From: Capsulimonadaceae bacterium
Lineage (GTDB): Bacteria > Armatimonadota > Armatimonadia > Armatimonadales > Capsulimonadaceae
Length of the DNA: 64,000 bases
Assembly (NCBI GenBank): GCA_965215505.1
Contig: OZ244065.1
Span: forward strand, 3,936,001-4,000,000
Reading direction: 5' to 3'
The translations under genes and the position numbers were made by a program. The notes beneath the pieces were generated by a model, which was given only the letters and a program-made list of their open reading frames with translations, was not told the origin of the DNA and did no database searches. Of the stretch, positions 17,938-27,610 are shown in pieces. Every line of letters begins with the position of its first letter. The stretch's first letter is position 1.

Positions 17938-19410
17938 ATGAAAGCCCAGTACATCGAAGACCTGACGCCCGGCGATGCCGTGGACGGCGAGTTCGTCCTC
18001 TCCCGGGCCGAGCGCGGCAAGAGGAAGAACGGCGAAGCCTTCCTGCGGGGCCAGCTCCAGGACCGCACCGGCACGGTGGCCGCCGTCGCCTGGACGCTCA
18101 CCGAGGGACAGATCGGGGCCGCGCTGGCGTCGCGCTATGTCCGCGTCCGGGGCACCGTCGGCCGGTACAAGGACGGGCGGCAGGTCACGATCACGTCGGC
18201 CCCGGAAGACATGGGCGAGCCGGAAGACCTCTCGGACTTCACGCGGGCCGCCGCCCTGCCCCGCGCCGAGCTGTGCCGCCGCCTCGACTCGCACCTGGAT
18301 ACGATCCAGAACCCATTTCTAAACGCCCTGCTGCGGGCCTTCTTCCATGACCCCAGGTTCCGCCGCCGATTCGACGAGGCCCCTGCCGCCATGGGCCTGC
18401 ACCACGCCTGCATGCACGGGCTGTTGCAGCACACGCTGGAGGTGACCGACCTCGCCGCCGCGATCGCCGACGTGCAGGGCCGCTGGGGCTACCCCGCCGT
18501 CTCGCGCGACGTGGTGGTCGGGGGCGCGCTGCTGCACGACATCGGCAAGGTCTATGAGCTTACCTGGGACGGCCCCGAGTATGGCTACACCCGCCGGGGG
18601 CAGCTCTACCAGCACATCATCCTCGGCTTCCAGATCGTCTCCAAGAAGATCCTCGGCATCCCCGGCTTCCCTCCCGACCTCACCGACGCCCTGTTGCACG
18701 GCATCCTGTCCCACCACGGCAAAGAAGAACACGGCTCGCCCGTTTCGCCCCAGATGCCGGAGGCGCAGATCGTCCACATGGCCGACGCCCTGGACGTCCA
18801 GCTTTTCTACATGATGGAGGCCCGCGCGGGCGCGGAGGGCGACACCGCCTGGCACCCGGCTTTGGAGGGCCGCGTCAAGACCGGAGGCCGGCGCGTTTAT
18901 TCGGGGTCGCTCGACTTCGCGCCGGACTTCTCGCGGCCCGAGCCGGCCCGCCTCCTCCCCGTCTTCCGCCTGGCCTCACGCGGCTCCGCGCCGGCCTTCG
19001 AAACCCGCCGCCTGCCTCTGCGCGGGCGGACGGCGGCCGGCCCGCCCGTTCTGGCCGATGACCGTGTGGAGGAGGAGCTTGATGTGGCGGCTGAGGGCCT
19101 GCCCACTGGCCCGGACCTGTTCCTGCTGCGAGTGGACGGCGAGAGCATGACCGGCGACGGCATCGCGGACGGCGACCTGATCGTCGTCCGCCCGCAGCAG
19201 CACCACGCGCCTGACGCCGTCCTCGTCTGCCTGCTGGACGACGACACGGTCACGATCAAGCGCGTGGAGCGGACGGCGTCCGGGGGCCTGCGCCTGCTGT
19301 CCTCTAACCCCGCGTTCGCCGCCATCCCCATCCCCATCGCCGACCCCGAACGCTTCCGGGTGCGCGGGCGCGTCCTGGGCGTCGCGCGCGGTGTCCCGGC
19401 GGTCCCTTGA
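17938..19410 (+). CDS. YhaM/Cbf1-like OB-fold + HD 3'-5' exonuclease fused to a LexA/UmuD S24 autopeptidase
   Basis: LQDRTGTV (OB); PAAMGLHHA..GLLQHTLEV, LLHDIGK, SHHGK.E.GSP, VHMAD; TAAGPP cleavage site, VDGESM (Ser), TIKR (Lys), LLSSNP. Confidence 0.9.
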   Translation: MKAQYIEDLTPGDAVDGEFVLSRAERGKRKNGEAFLRGQLQDRTGTVAAVAWTLTEGQIGAALASRYVRVRGTVGRYKDGRQVTITSAPEDMGEPEDLSDFTRAAALPRAELCRRLDSHLDTIQNPFLNALLRAFFHDPRFRRRFDEAPAAMGLHHACMHGLLQHTLEVTDLAAAIADVQGRWGYPAVSRDVVVGGALLHDIGKVYELTWDGPEYGYTRRGQLYQHIILGFQIVSKKILGIPGFPPDLTDALLHGILSHHGKEEHGSPVSPQMPEAQIVHMADALDVQLFYMMEARAGAEGDTAWHPALEGRVKTGGRRVYSGSLDFAPDFSRPEPARLLPVFRLASRGSAPAFETRRLPLRGRTAAGPPVLADDRVEEELDVAAEGLPTGPDLFLLRVDGESMTGDGIADGDLIVVRPQQHHAPDAVLVCLLDDDTVTIKRVERTASGGLRLLSSNPAFAAIPIPIADPERFRVRGRVLGVARGVPAVP

Positions 19411-19435
19411 CAGGGCAATGGTGCAGTGCTATAAT
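19407..19435 (+). promoter_or_regulatory. Perfect consensus sigma-70 promoter
   Basis: TTGACA-N17-TATAAT with extended TG. Confidence 0.8.
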
Positions 19436-19473
19436 CCGGTGTCTTGACAGGAGGCTTGTTAGGAGGCACCGTT

Positions 19474-19746
19474 TTGGACCCCGATCTTCCCCAGAATGTT
19501 TCGCAGGACCCCGCCGTCTCCGGCCTGGTCCGCCGCGCCGCCCTGCGCGCCTTCCTCGCCGGCCTCGCGGTCGCCGCCCTGCTCGCGACCGCCGTCGCGC
19601 TGGGGGCCGAGACGTTCGCACACGGGTTCCGGCAGGGGGCCGTGTGGGGCTTCGGCATCGGCCTGGGCGTCGTCTTCGGCGGGTCGGTCCTGAACGCCCT
19701 CGTCGGCCTGCTGGACCAGGCCAAGACCGACATCACGGGGGGCTAG
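19474..19746 (+). CDS. Small two-TM membrane protein
   Basis: AGGAGG 7 nt before TTG at 19474; two hydrophobic helices. Confidence 0.65.
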   Translation: MDPDLPQNVSQDPAVSGLVRRAALRAFLAGLAVAALLATAVALGAETFAHGFRQGAVWGFGIGLGVVFGGSVLNALVGLLDQAKTDITGG

Positions 19747-19758
19747 AGGGCCTTCACC

Positions 19759-21078
19759 ATGACCCCCCTGCGCCGGGCGGCCCACCGCTGGGGGCCGCTG
19801 CTCGTCTACATCGCCGCCTGCGGCCTGCTCCTCAGCCTGCTCGGGCGGCAGGGTGCCGCCCTGCTGAGGGCGCTCCTCGCCGGCCTGCCGTTCGGCCTCG
19901 GCCTGTTCTGCGGCTTCGCCCTGGCGGTCGCGGCGGGGACGCTCTGGGTCTTCCTCGCCGGCCCGATACAAGAGTTGATCCAGGAGCGGTTCCTGGACCC
20001 GCCCCAGCCCGCTGCCGTGCTGACGCCGCCGCCGGACGGGCCGCAGGGGGTCCTCGTCTCCGACCTGCACATAGACACCTGGGGGCTGGCCGATGACGGC
20101 ACCCCGAACGCCCGGCGGGCGCGCTTCCTCGGTTTGCTGGCCGCCGTCAAGGCCGACCCGCACGTCAACAGCTTCTACCTCAACGGCGATCTCATGGACA
20201 TCCCGCTCCACCCGGACGCCAATGCACCCGAGCCGGAGATGCTGCGCCTGAGCGGGATGCTCGCCGAGGAGCGCGGCGTCCTGCTGGCGCGCTACGACTC
20301 CATCCTCGGGGCACTGCTAAACCTGACCCGGCCCGACCCCGCCTCGCCCGCCGAGATGGCCGCCCCTGTGCGGCGCGCGGTCTTCCAGACCGGAAACCAC
20401 GACGTGGGCGTTAGCGGCCTGCGCTACGTCCGCCCCGAACTGCCCCCGTTCCTGCCGCCCGTCCAGGCCGTCTGGAACCCCTCCCTGCTGATCCAGACCG
20501 ACGCCGACGGCAACGATCTTCCCCGCTGGACCTACATCGAACACGGCCACCGCTGGGACCCGCTGCTGTGGCTGTACATGCGCTACGCCCTGCTCGACAT
20601 CCTCCGCGCCGGGCACCGCCGACGGGAGGCGCAATTACTGTCAGGGATGCAGCGGGCGGGCAAGGCCGGCATGGGGGCGCAGACATCGGGCGGCGAGGTC
20701 CTGCCGCCCGCGCCCGCGCCGGGCACCTCGCAGAACCATTTCCCCGACGACCAGCCCGGCCTGCTGTCCACGCTCGTCCGCCTGCGCTACCGTCAGGCCG
20801 CCCGCCGTCTGTTCCGCGAGTTCCGCAGCCGGCAGGCCGACCCCCAGGCGGCGGTGCGCGTCCGCACCCTCCTGATGGGCCACACGCACCACCCGGACCG
20901 CTACGTCTTCCCCGGCGGCCTGCTTTACATCAACTCCGGCGACTGGTCCGGCTATACCGCCCACTGCGCCTACTGCGTCCTCGACCCCGACGGGTCCGTG
21001 CGCGGCCCCTTCCAGTGGGAGGGCGCGGGCAAGGCCGAGTTCGGCCTCCGCCCGGACTCCGACGGCGACAAGTCGTGA
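19759..21078 (+). CDS. Membrane-anchored calcineurin-like metallophosphoesterase (LpxH-like)
   Basis: SDLH, NGDLMD, GNHD, EHGH, GHTH, NSGDW; two N-terminal TM segments. Confidence 0.85.
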   Translation: MTPLRRAAHRWGPLLVYIAACGLLLSLLGRQGAALLRALLAGLPFGLGLFCGFALAVAAGTLWVFLAGPIQELIQERFLDPPQPAAVLTPPPDGPQGVLVSDLHIDTWGLADDGTPNARRARFLGLLAAVKADPHVNSFYLNGDLMDIPLHPDANAPEPEMLRLSGMLAEERGVLLARYDSILGALLNLTRPDPASPAEMAAPVRRAVFQTGNHDVGVSGLRYVRPELPPFLPPVQAVWNPSLLIQTDADGNDLPRWTYIEHGHRWDPLLWLYMRYALLDILRAGHRRREAQLLSGMQRAGKAGMGAQTSGGEVLPPAPAPGTSQNHFPDDQPGLLSTLVRLRYRQAARRLFREFRSRQADPQAAVRVRTLLMGHTHHPDRYVFPGGLLYINSGDWSGYTAHCAYCVLDPDGSVRGPFQWEGAGKAEFGLRPDSDGDKS

Positions 21079-21361
21079 ACCGGGCCTCCTAGCGGACGCC
21101 GGCAAAAGTGCCTGAAAGCGCACGGACCTACTGAAAGCCGGCATTCTTGCCGATGATAAGTAAGGCGACCGGCCTGGCGTTTTTATGAAAAGTGCTGTAT
21201 ACTAAACCCGGCAGACATCCTACCGGCCGCTGATGATGTGCGGGACGGGCCTCTGGCCTGGCCGCGCCCCCGCCCTGATTACCCACGGCTTACATCTTCA
21301 TCCTGCACCTTCACGTCCCATTTTCACGACACGTCTCACACTCGGAAAGGCCTTTTTCTTT

Positions 21362-24300
21362 ATGCTCGTTAGTTCCACCCTCGTCCGCCGCCTCGCGCGC
21401 CGGGTGAGTCCCCCGCTGCTGGGGGGCCTCGTGGCCGCCGCCGCGCTGCTCGGGGCCGCCCCCGCGCGGGCCGCCACGCTGCTCGTCACCGACACCAGCG
21501 ATGTCGCCACCGACGCAGGCTCACTCCGCCATGCGGTCAATGCCGCCCTCCCCGGCGACACCATCACCTTCGCGCCCAGCGTCACCGGCGTCATCACGCT
21601 CTCCCCGGCCAACGGCTCCCTGACGCTCAACCCGCCTGCGGGCGGCACCGCGATCACCATCAGCGGGCCGGGCGCGAACGCGCTCGCCGTTGACGGCGGC
21701 GCGGCCTCCACGGTCTTCGCCGTCTCCGGCGGGGCGGTCGCCATTTCCGGGCTGACCCTCCAGAACGGCATGTCCCCCTACTACGCCCTCGGCGGCGGTG
21801 CCGTTGACGTGGAAGGCGGCGGCGCGCTGACGCTGACGGCCTGCACCCTCTCCGGCAACACCGCCCCGAGCAACGCGAGCGGCGGCGGCCTGTATGTGGA
21901 CTACGGCTGCTCGGCGACCCTCAAGGCCTGCGCGATCGTCGGCAACACCGCCTCCGACGGCGGCGGCGTCTACGTCAACGGGACCGTCTCGCTGCTGAAC
22001 TGCACGGTCGCCGGCAACGCCGCCTCCACGGCGGGCGGCGGCGTCTATGTGGACTTCAACGCCGGCGGCTGCGCCATCGCCTCGTCCACCCTCTCCGGCA
22101 ACACTTCCGCAGGCACGGGCGGCGGGCTGGAGGTCAGCTACGGCGCGGCCGCAAGCCTCGTCGGCAGCCTCATCGCCGGCAACACGGCCGGTAACAACGG
22201 CGGCGCGGTCACCCCCGGCCCCGACATCACCGTGGACAGCGTCAGCCCGACCTTCCACGGCGTCGTCACCTCGGGCGGCGGCAACCTGATCGGCATTGAC
22301 GACGGCGGCACCAACGGCGACGCCGCCTATGCCGGCAATGACTCCGTGGGCACCGCGGCGCACCCGATCAACCCCCGGCTCGACCCCGAAGGCCTCAAGA
22401 TGAACGGCGGCCCGACCCCGACCGTCGCCCTGCTGCCCGGCAGCCCCGCCCTGGACCTGGTCCCGGCGAAGGCCGCGCCCGTCACCGACCAGCGCGGCGC
22501 ACTGCGGAACGTCTCCGGCGACGGCAAGAGCGACTGCGGCGCGTTTGAGGCTCAGGCCAACGACAGCATCACCGACCTGACCGTGAACGCCAACCCGGCC
22601 CTCCAGGGGCAGAATGTGACTTTCACCGCCCGCGTCTACACCTTCACCGGGACGCCGACCGGGAGCGTCAAGTTCGCCACAGGCGGGCAGACGGCCACCG
22701 CCCCCGTCAGCGCCTCGGGCACGGCGGCCCTCACGACCAACGCCCTGAGCCTCGGCTACCACGCCGTCACGGCCGCCTACTCGGGCGATACCCGCTTCCG
22801 GGCGAGCCAGTCCGCGCCGCTGACCGAGCACATCCTGTACGCATCTAAGACCCTTAAAGTCACCGACAAGTCGGACAACCCGAGCGACCCCGGCTCGATC
22901 CGCTCGATCGTCAACAACGCCCAGCCGGGCACCTCGGTCACGTTCCCTAACCTCTCGGGCACGATCACGCTGACGAACGGCCCCCTGGTCGGCGGCGACC
23001 TTTCCCTCCTCGGGCCGGGCGCGGGGAGCCTGACCCTTGACGGCAACCGGAACGGCTCCGTCCTCGTCATCACCGGCGGGACGGTCAGCATCTCGGGCCT
23101 GACCTTCCAGAACGGCCTGACGACCGGGGTGGGGGGCGGCATTGACCAGGAGGCGGGTACGCTGACGCTGACAGACTGCACCCTGATCGGCAACACCGCC
23201 AACTATGGCGGCGGCCTCTTCGCAGGCGGCACGGCGACCCTCAGCGGCTGCTCCATCACCGGCAACACCGGCAAGGGCGGCACCAGCATAGACGGCAGCA
23301 GCACGAGTGGCGGCGGCGGCGGCGTCTACGCCGCGAACCCCATCACCCTGACCGGCTGCACCGTGGCGGGCAACACGACCTCCGCCGACACCGGCTCCTA
23401 CGGCGGCGGGATCGAGGGCGCGGACGCCGTGACGCTTAACGCCTGTGCCGTCACCAAGAACACCGCCTCCGGCATCGGCGGCGGCGTCTACGCGGCCGGC
23501 ACCCTGGCGGTCAACGCCTGCTCCGTGCAGGGCAACACGTCCTCGGTGGACGGCGGCGGGCTGTACGGCTTCGGGGCCGTCACCCTCGCCTACAGCTTGG
23601 TGCAGGGCAACACCGCCGCGCGCGACGCGGGCGGCCTCTACGCCAACGGCGCGCTCACGGCTCCCTACAGCGCCCTGCTGGGCAACACCTCCAGCAGCGT
23701 CGGCGGCGGCGTCTACACCGGCGACGCGGCGATCCTGACGGGCTGCATCGTCTCGGGCAACACGTCCCTCTTCTCCGGCGGCGGCCTCTTCGGCGCCGGC
23801 GCTTCGTCCGGCGGCTTCTTCGGTGCCCCCCCCGTCGCCGGGCCCCTGGTGAGCCTGACGGGCTGCACCGTGTCCGGCAACACGTCCACGGCCAGCTACG
23901 GCGGCGGCCTCTACCTCTCCGGCCCCCTGACCCTGACCGGGTCCACCCTCTCCGGCAACACGGCCGGCGAGGGCGGCGGTGGCCTCTACTGCTCCGACCA
24001 GACCCTCGTCGCCGACTGCACCCTCGCGAACAACGCGGCCCAGGGCGACAGCGGCGGCGGCCTCTACGACGACGGGTTCCTGACGCTGACCGCCTGCACC
24101 CTCACCGGCAACTCGGACCCTAAGTTCAGCGGCGGCGGCCTGTATGTGGATTACCAGCCCTACCAGCAGGTCACGGCCACCCTCCAGGCCGACCTGATCG
24201 CCAGGAACACGGCGGGCACCGACCCGGACGTCGCGGTCAGCACGTCGTTCTCCTCGACCGACCCGGACGCGCCGGTCGTGACCTCGAACGGCTACAACCT

Positions 24301-24589
24301 GATCGGAGTGGGCGGCGTCACCTACGCCCCCGCCCCAAACAAGAACGACCAGGTGGGGACGGCGTCGCGCCCGATCAATCCCCAGCTCGACCCGAACGGC
24401 CTCCAGTTCAACGGCGGCCTGACCCAGACCATCGCCCTGATGGCCGGCAGCCCCGCACTGGACAAGGTCCCAGCGAAGGCGGCCCAGGCCGCCGACCAGC
24501 GCGGCGCTCCCCGCCCCGGCAACAACGACGGCAAGGCTGACATCGGCGCCTACGAGGCCCAGCTCAAGAACTCCGGGAAGGGGCACTAG
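21362..24589 (+). CDS. Large secreted beta-helix protein (GGG-type repeats, two choice-of-anchor Q-like ends, one Ig-like domain)
   Basis: Signal peptide ending ARA-A; GSLR.AV; repeated SGNTA..GGG; NGGPTPT.AL..GSPALD...DQRG...D.GA.E twice; VTAAYSGD Ig-like domain. Confidence 0.85.
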   Translation: MLVSSTLVRRLARRVSPPLLGGLVAAAALLGAAPARAATLLVTDTSDVATDAGSLRHAVNAALPGDTITFAPSVTGVITLSPANGSLTLNPPAGGTAITISGPGANALAVDGGAASTVFAVSGGAVAISGLTLQNGMSPYYALGGGAVDVEGGGALTLTACTLSGNTAPSNASGGGLYVDYGCSATLKACAIVGNTASDGGGVYVNGTVSLLNCTVAGNAASTAGGGVYVDFNAGGCAIASSTLSGNTSAGTGGGLEVSYGAAASLVGSLIAGNTAGNNGGAVTPGPDITVDSVSPTFHGVVTSGGGNLIGIDDGGTNGDAAYAGNDSVGTAAHPINPRLDPEGLKMNGGPTPTVALLPGSPALDLVPAKAAPVTDQRGALRNVSGDGKSDCGAFEAQANDSITDLTVNANPALQGQNVTFTARVYTFTGTPTGSVKFATGGQTATAPVSASGTAALTTNALSLGYHAVTAAYSGDTRFRASQSAPLTEHILYASKTLKVTDKSDNPSDPGSIRSIVNNAQPGTSVTFPNLSGTITLTNGPLVGGDLSLLGPGAGSLTLDGNRNGSVLVITGGTVSISGLTFQNGLTTGVGGGIDQEAGTLTLTDCTLIGNTANYGGGLFAGGTATLSGCSITGNTGKGGTSIDGSSTSGGGGGVYAANPITLTGCTVAGNTTSADTGSYGGGIEGADAVTLNACAVTKNTASGIGGGVYAAGTLAVNACSVQGNTSSVDGGGLYGFGAVTLAYSLVQGNTAARDAGGLYANGALTAPYSALLGNTSSSVGGGVYTGDAAILTGCIVSGNTSLFSGGGLFGAGASSGGFFGAPPVAGPLVSLTGCTVSGNTSTASYGGGLYLSGPLTLTGSTLSGNTAGEGGGGLYCSDQTLVADCTLANNAAQGDSGGGLYDDGFLTLTACTLTGNSDPKFSGGGLYVDYQPYQQVTATLQADLIARNTAGTDPDVAVSTSFSSTDPDAPVVTSNGYNLIGVGGVTYAPAPNKNDQVGTASRPINPQLDPNGLQFNGGLTQTIALMAGSPALDKVPAKAAQAADQRGAPRPGNNDGKADIGAYEAQLKNSGKGH

Positions 24590-24678
24590 CCCCGCCCCCG
24601 CCGGGGACTACCCGCTGGGGATCATCCGAAGACTGTCTGAAGATCATCCGGCGGGGCCACTCTGAGCATGACCGCGAC

Positions 24679-24717
24679 GACGGCCCGGACCTACACTGTA
24701 GGTCCGGGCCGTCTTTT
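24679..24717 (+). terminator. Rho-independent terminator
   Basis: 17 bp perfect inverted repeat followed by TTTT, downstream of the 24589 stop. Confidence 0.7.
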
Positions 24718-24820
24718 CGCGCCGGGGAATGACGCCGGCCGGCGCAGTGGCCGGCAGGAAACGGGGACGCGGGCGGCGAATGAGTGTTGTGAGAGGGACC
24801 ACACTGCGGGAGGTGTCACC

Positions 24821-25630
24821 ATGAACCCAAAAAGAGGCGGCCACTCGGGCCGGCGCGGCGTCGGCCCCGCGTCCGGCTTCACCCTGACGGAGCTGCTCAT
24901 CGTCATCGCCATCATCGCGGTCCTCGCCGCGTTCCTGTACCCCGTCTTCCAGCATGTGCGCGACAACGCGCATCGGGCGACCTGCCAGAGCAACATGAGG
25001 CAGCTCGGCATCGCCCTGGTCCAGTATGTCACCGACAGTGACGAAGTCATGCCCCGGTCCTGGTACGGGCCGCCCATCTCCAACGGCCCCTCCGACCCCA
25101 CGGCGGGCAAGTACAAGTGGATGGACATCGCCTACCCCTATGTCCACAGCGAACAGGTCTTCACCTGCCCCGACGACCCCGCCGCCGGGGCGCACCCCTA
25201 CATCTATTACCGGAACCTCCCGGCCCCCAGCGACCACAACTACGGCACCTACCGCAGCAACTTCGCCTACTACCGCACCAGTTCCTACACGCCGCCCTTC
25301 TCCGACTTCAACCGGCCCGTGCCCCAGTCCGCCGTCCGCGTTCCGGCGGACACCGCCTGGATTCTGGAGGGGGACGCCGACCAGACCATCTACGACACCG
25401 CCTGGCGGGACGTGTCGCAGACGCCCGTCATCACGGCGGACAACCCGCGCCGCCTGCAAAACAACGCCGACCCCGCCCGCCAGCGGGCCGTCGCCCGCCA
25501 CGGCGGCCTGACCGACGTGATCTGGTGCGACGGCCACGCCAAGGCGGTCTCTTTGGAGTACCTGGCCGCCACCCACACCATGCGGAACGGCGACAAGATC
25601 CTGTACCGCTTCACCATACAGGACGACTGA
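24821..25630 (+). CDS. Prepilin-type N-terminal cleavage/methylation protein with H-X9-DG motif (DUF1559-like)
   Basis: RBS GGAGGT; GFTLTELLIVIAIIAVLAAFLYPVF; CQSNMRQLG; RHGGLTDVIWCDGHAK. Confidence 0.9.
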   Translation: MNPKRGGHSGRRGVGPASGFTLTELLIVIAIIAVLAAFLYPVFQHVRDNAHRATCQSNMRQLGIALVQYVTDSDEVMPRSWYGPPISNGPSDPTAGKYKWMDIAYPYVHSEQVFTCPDDPAAGAHPYIYYRNLPAPSDHNYGTYRSNFAYYRTSSYTPPFSDFNRPVPQSAVRVPADTAWILEGDADQTIYDTAWRDVSQTPVITADNPRRLQNNADPARQRAVARHGGLTDVIWCDGHAKAVSLEYLAATHTMRNGDKILYRFTIQDD

Positions 25631-25631
25631 T

Positions 25632-25949
25632 TCACCATACAGGACGCCTGAATGCCCGCCGGGGGCGCTTCTTCAGCCGGTGCAGGATCTTCGGGTTCCG
25701 GTAGGTCGTCACCAAAGCGCCCCCTTGGGAGACGACGGCGACGGTGCCGTGGACGCGGGCGGCGTACTCCGCGCCCACCCAGAGCGGGATGTCGCGGCGG
25801 CGCAGATAGTACAGCACCGCGCCGGTGACGTGCAGGCGGGTCCCGTAGCGCAGGGTGAGGTCGAGCTGGTCGTCGGTGATGCCGCGCCGCCTCTGTCGCT
25901 CGGCCCCGTGGCCGGTCGTGGCGAGGCAGGCAAATGAGGTGATTGTCAT
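25632..25949 (-). CDS. Small basic DUF4258-like protein
   Basis: RBS AGGAGA; TGHGAERQRRRGITDDQLDLTLRYG; C-terminal LVTTY. Confidence 0.7.
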   Translation of the reverse strand: MTITSFACLATTGHGAERQRRRGITDDQLDLTLRYGTRLHVTGAVLYYLRRRDIPLWVGAEYAARVHGTVAVVSQGGALVTTYRNPKILHRLKKRPRRAFRRPVW

Positions 25950-26060
25950 CGGTTTCTCCTGTTCCGTCGGGGCGTGCTGCTGTCCTACTCGCGGGGAACG
26001 CGCGGAACCGGAAAGCGCGCAGGAAAACCGCCCCCCCGTGAACAACTATCACGAACGCCC

Positions 26061-27581
26061 ATGATTGAACAGACAGCCACCCCGCACCCCCCCGATGCCG
26101 CGCCAATCCTGGAGATGTCGGGGATTCGAAAAGCCTTCCCCGGCGTCCGCGTGCTTGACGACGTTTCGCTCTCGGTCAAGCCCGGCGAGGTCCACGCCCT
26201 GATGGGCGAGAACGGCGCGGGCAAGTCCACCCTGATGAAGATCCTGGCGGGCGCGCTCCAGGCCGACGACGGACGAATCCTGCTCGGCGGCAAGGCCGTC
26301 CACATCGCCACGCCGCAGCAGGCCATGGACCTCGGCATCGGTATCATCTACCAGGAACTCAACCTCGCCCCGCACCTGTCCATCGCCGAGAACATCTTTC
26401 TGGGCCGTGAGCCGCGCCTGCTGCCGGGCTGGGTGGACGGGGCCAAAATGCGCCGCGAGGCCCAGGCGTTGATGCAGAACCTGGGCATGAACCTGGACGT
26501 CCGCACCCTCGTGGGCCGGCTGACCATCGCGCAGCGTCAGATGGTGGAGATCGCCAAGGCCACCAGCCGCAAGGCGCGCGTCCTGGCGATGGATGAGCCG
26601 TCGGCGACCCTGACCGCCCACGAACTCGAAAACCTGTGGCGGCTGATCCGGCAGTTGAAATCGCAGGGCATCGGCATCATCTACATCTCACACCGCATGG
26701 ATGAGGTGTTCCAGATCGCCGACGCCGTGACCATCCTGCGTGACGGCCGCATCGTCGGCAGCAGCCCCATCGGTCAGATCGGGCGCGACGATGTCCTGCG
26801 CCTGATGGTCGGGCGCGACCTGGACGAGACCTACCCCAAGGAACACGCCCCCATCGGGAAACCGGTGCTGGAAGTCCGGGGCCTGTCCCGGCGCGGTGTG
26901 TTGGAAAACATCAGCTTCACGGTCCGCGCCGGGGAGGTGGTCGCCCTGGCCGGCCTGGTCGGGGCGGGGCGGACGGAGATCGCCCGCTGCCTCTTCGGGG
27001 CGGATGCGTGGAGCGCGGGCGAGATGCTTTTGGAGGGCGTCCGGTTCGTGCCCAGGTCCCCGCATGAGGCCATCGCGGCGGGCATCGGGTTCGTCACCGA
27101 GGACCGCAAGGAGCAGGGGGTCGTCCTGAACCTGACCGTCCGCGAGAACGTCTCGCTCGCTTCGCTGCCGAAGGTTTCCAGGCTGGGCTTCGTCCGGCGC
27201 GGGGCCGAAAACGCCGAGGCGCGCGAGAGCGTCCAGCGCCTGCGGGTGCGGACGCCCTCGGTCGAGCAGAAGGTCGGCAACCTGTCCGGGGGCAACCAGC
27301 AGAAGGTCATCCTCGCCAAGTGGCTCCAGATCCCCCTGAAGCTGCTGATCCTGGACGAGCCGACGCGCGGCATTGATGTGGGGGCGAAGCGCGAGATCTA
27401 CCAGATCATGAACGAGCTGGCCGCGCGGGGCGTCGCGATTTTGATGATCTCCTCCGAGCTGCCCGAGGTCTTGGGCATGGCTGACCGCATCGTGGTGGTC
27501 CGCGACGGCCGCGTGGCCGGTGCCCTGGACCGGGCGGAGGCGACGCAGGAAAAGGTCGGGGCGCTGGCGCTGGCGGGGTGA
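26061..27581 (+). CDS. Monosaccharide ABC transporter ATP-binding protein (RbsA/MglA type, two ABC domains)
   Basis: GENGAGKST, MDEP, ISHR, EDRK..G, LSGGNQQK, LDEPTRGIDVGAK. Confidence 0.95.
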   Translation: MIEQTATPHPPDAAPILEMSGIRKAFPGVRVLDDVSLSVKPGEVHALMGENGAGKSTLMKILAGALQADDGRILLGGKAVHIATPQQAMDLGIGIIYQELNLAPHLSIAENIFLGREPRLLPGWVDGAKMRREAQALMQNLGMNLDVRTLVGRLTIAQRQMVEIAKATSRKARVLAMDEPSATLTAHELENLWRLIRQLKSQGIGIIYISHRMDEVFQIADAVTILRDGRIVGSSPIGQIGRDDVLRLMVGRDLDETYPKEHAPIGKPVLEVRGLSRRGVLENISFTVRAGEVVALAGLVGAGRTEIARCLFGADAWSAGEMLLEGVRFVPRSPHEAIAAGIGFVTEDRKEQGVVLNLTVRENVSLASLPKVSRLGFVRRGAENAEARESVQRLRVRTPSVEQKVGNLSGGNQQKVILAKWLQIPLKLLILDEPTRGIDVGAKREIYQIMNELAARGVAILMISSELPEVLGMADRIVVVRDGRVAGALDRAEATQEKVGALALAG

Positions 27582-27610
27582 GGGCGAGCGGCGGGGGCGG
27601 AGCAAAGGCG

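Noticed and set aside
21200-21360. Possible riboswitch in the long leader of the surface-protein gene
   Set aside because: Only a partial gctgatga resemblance to the fluoride motif; other conserved elements are missing.
24600-24680. Possible c-di-GMP-II or glycine riboswitch before the terminator
   Set aside because: Conserved core nucleotides not found; simpler to read as the 3' UTR of the upstream gene.
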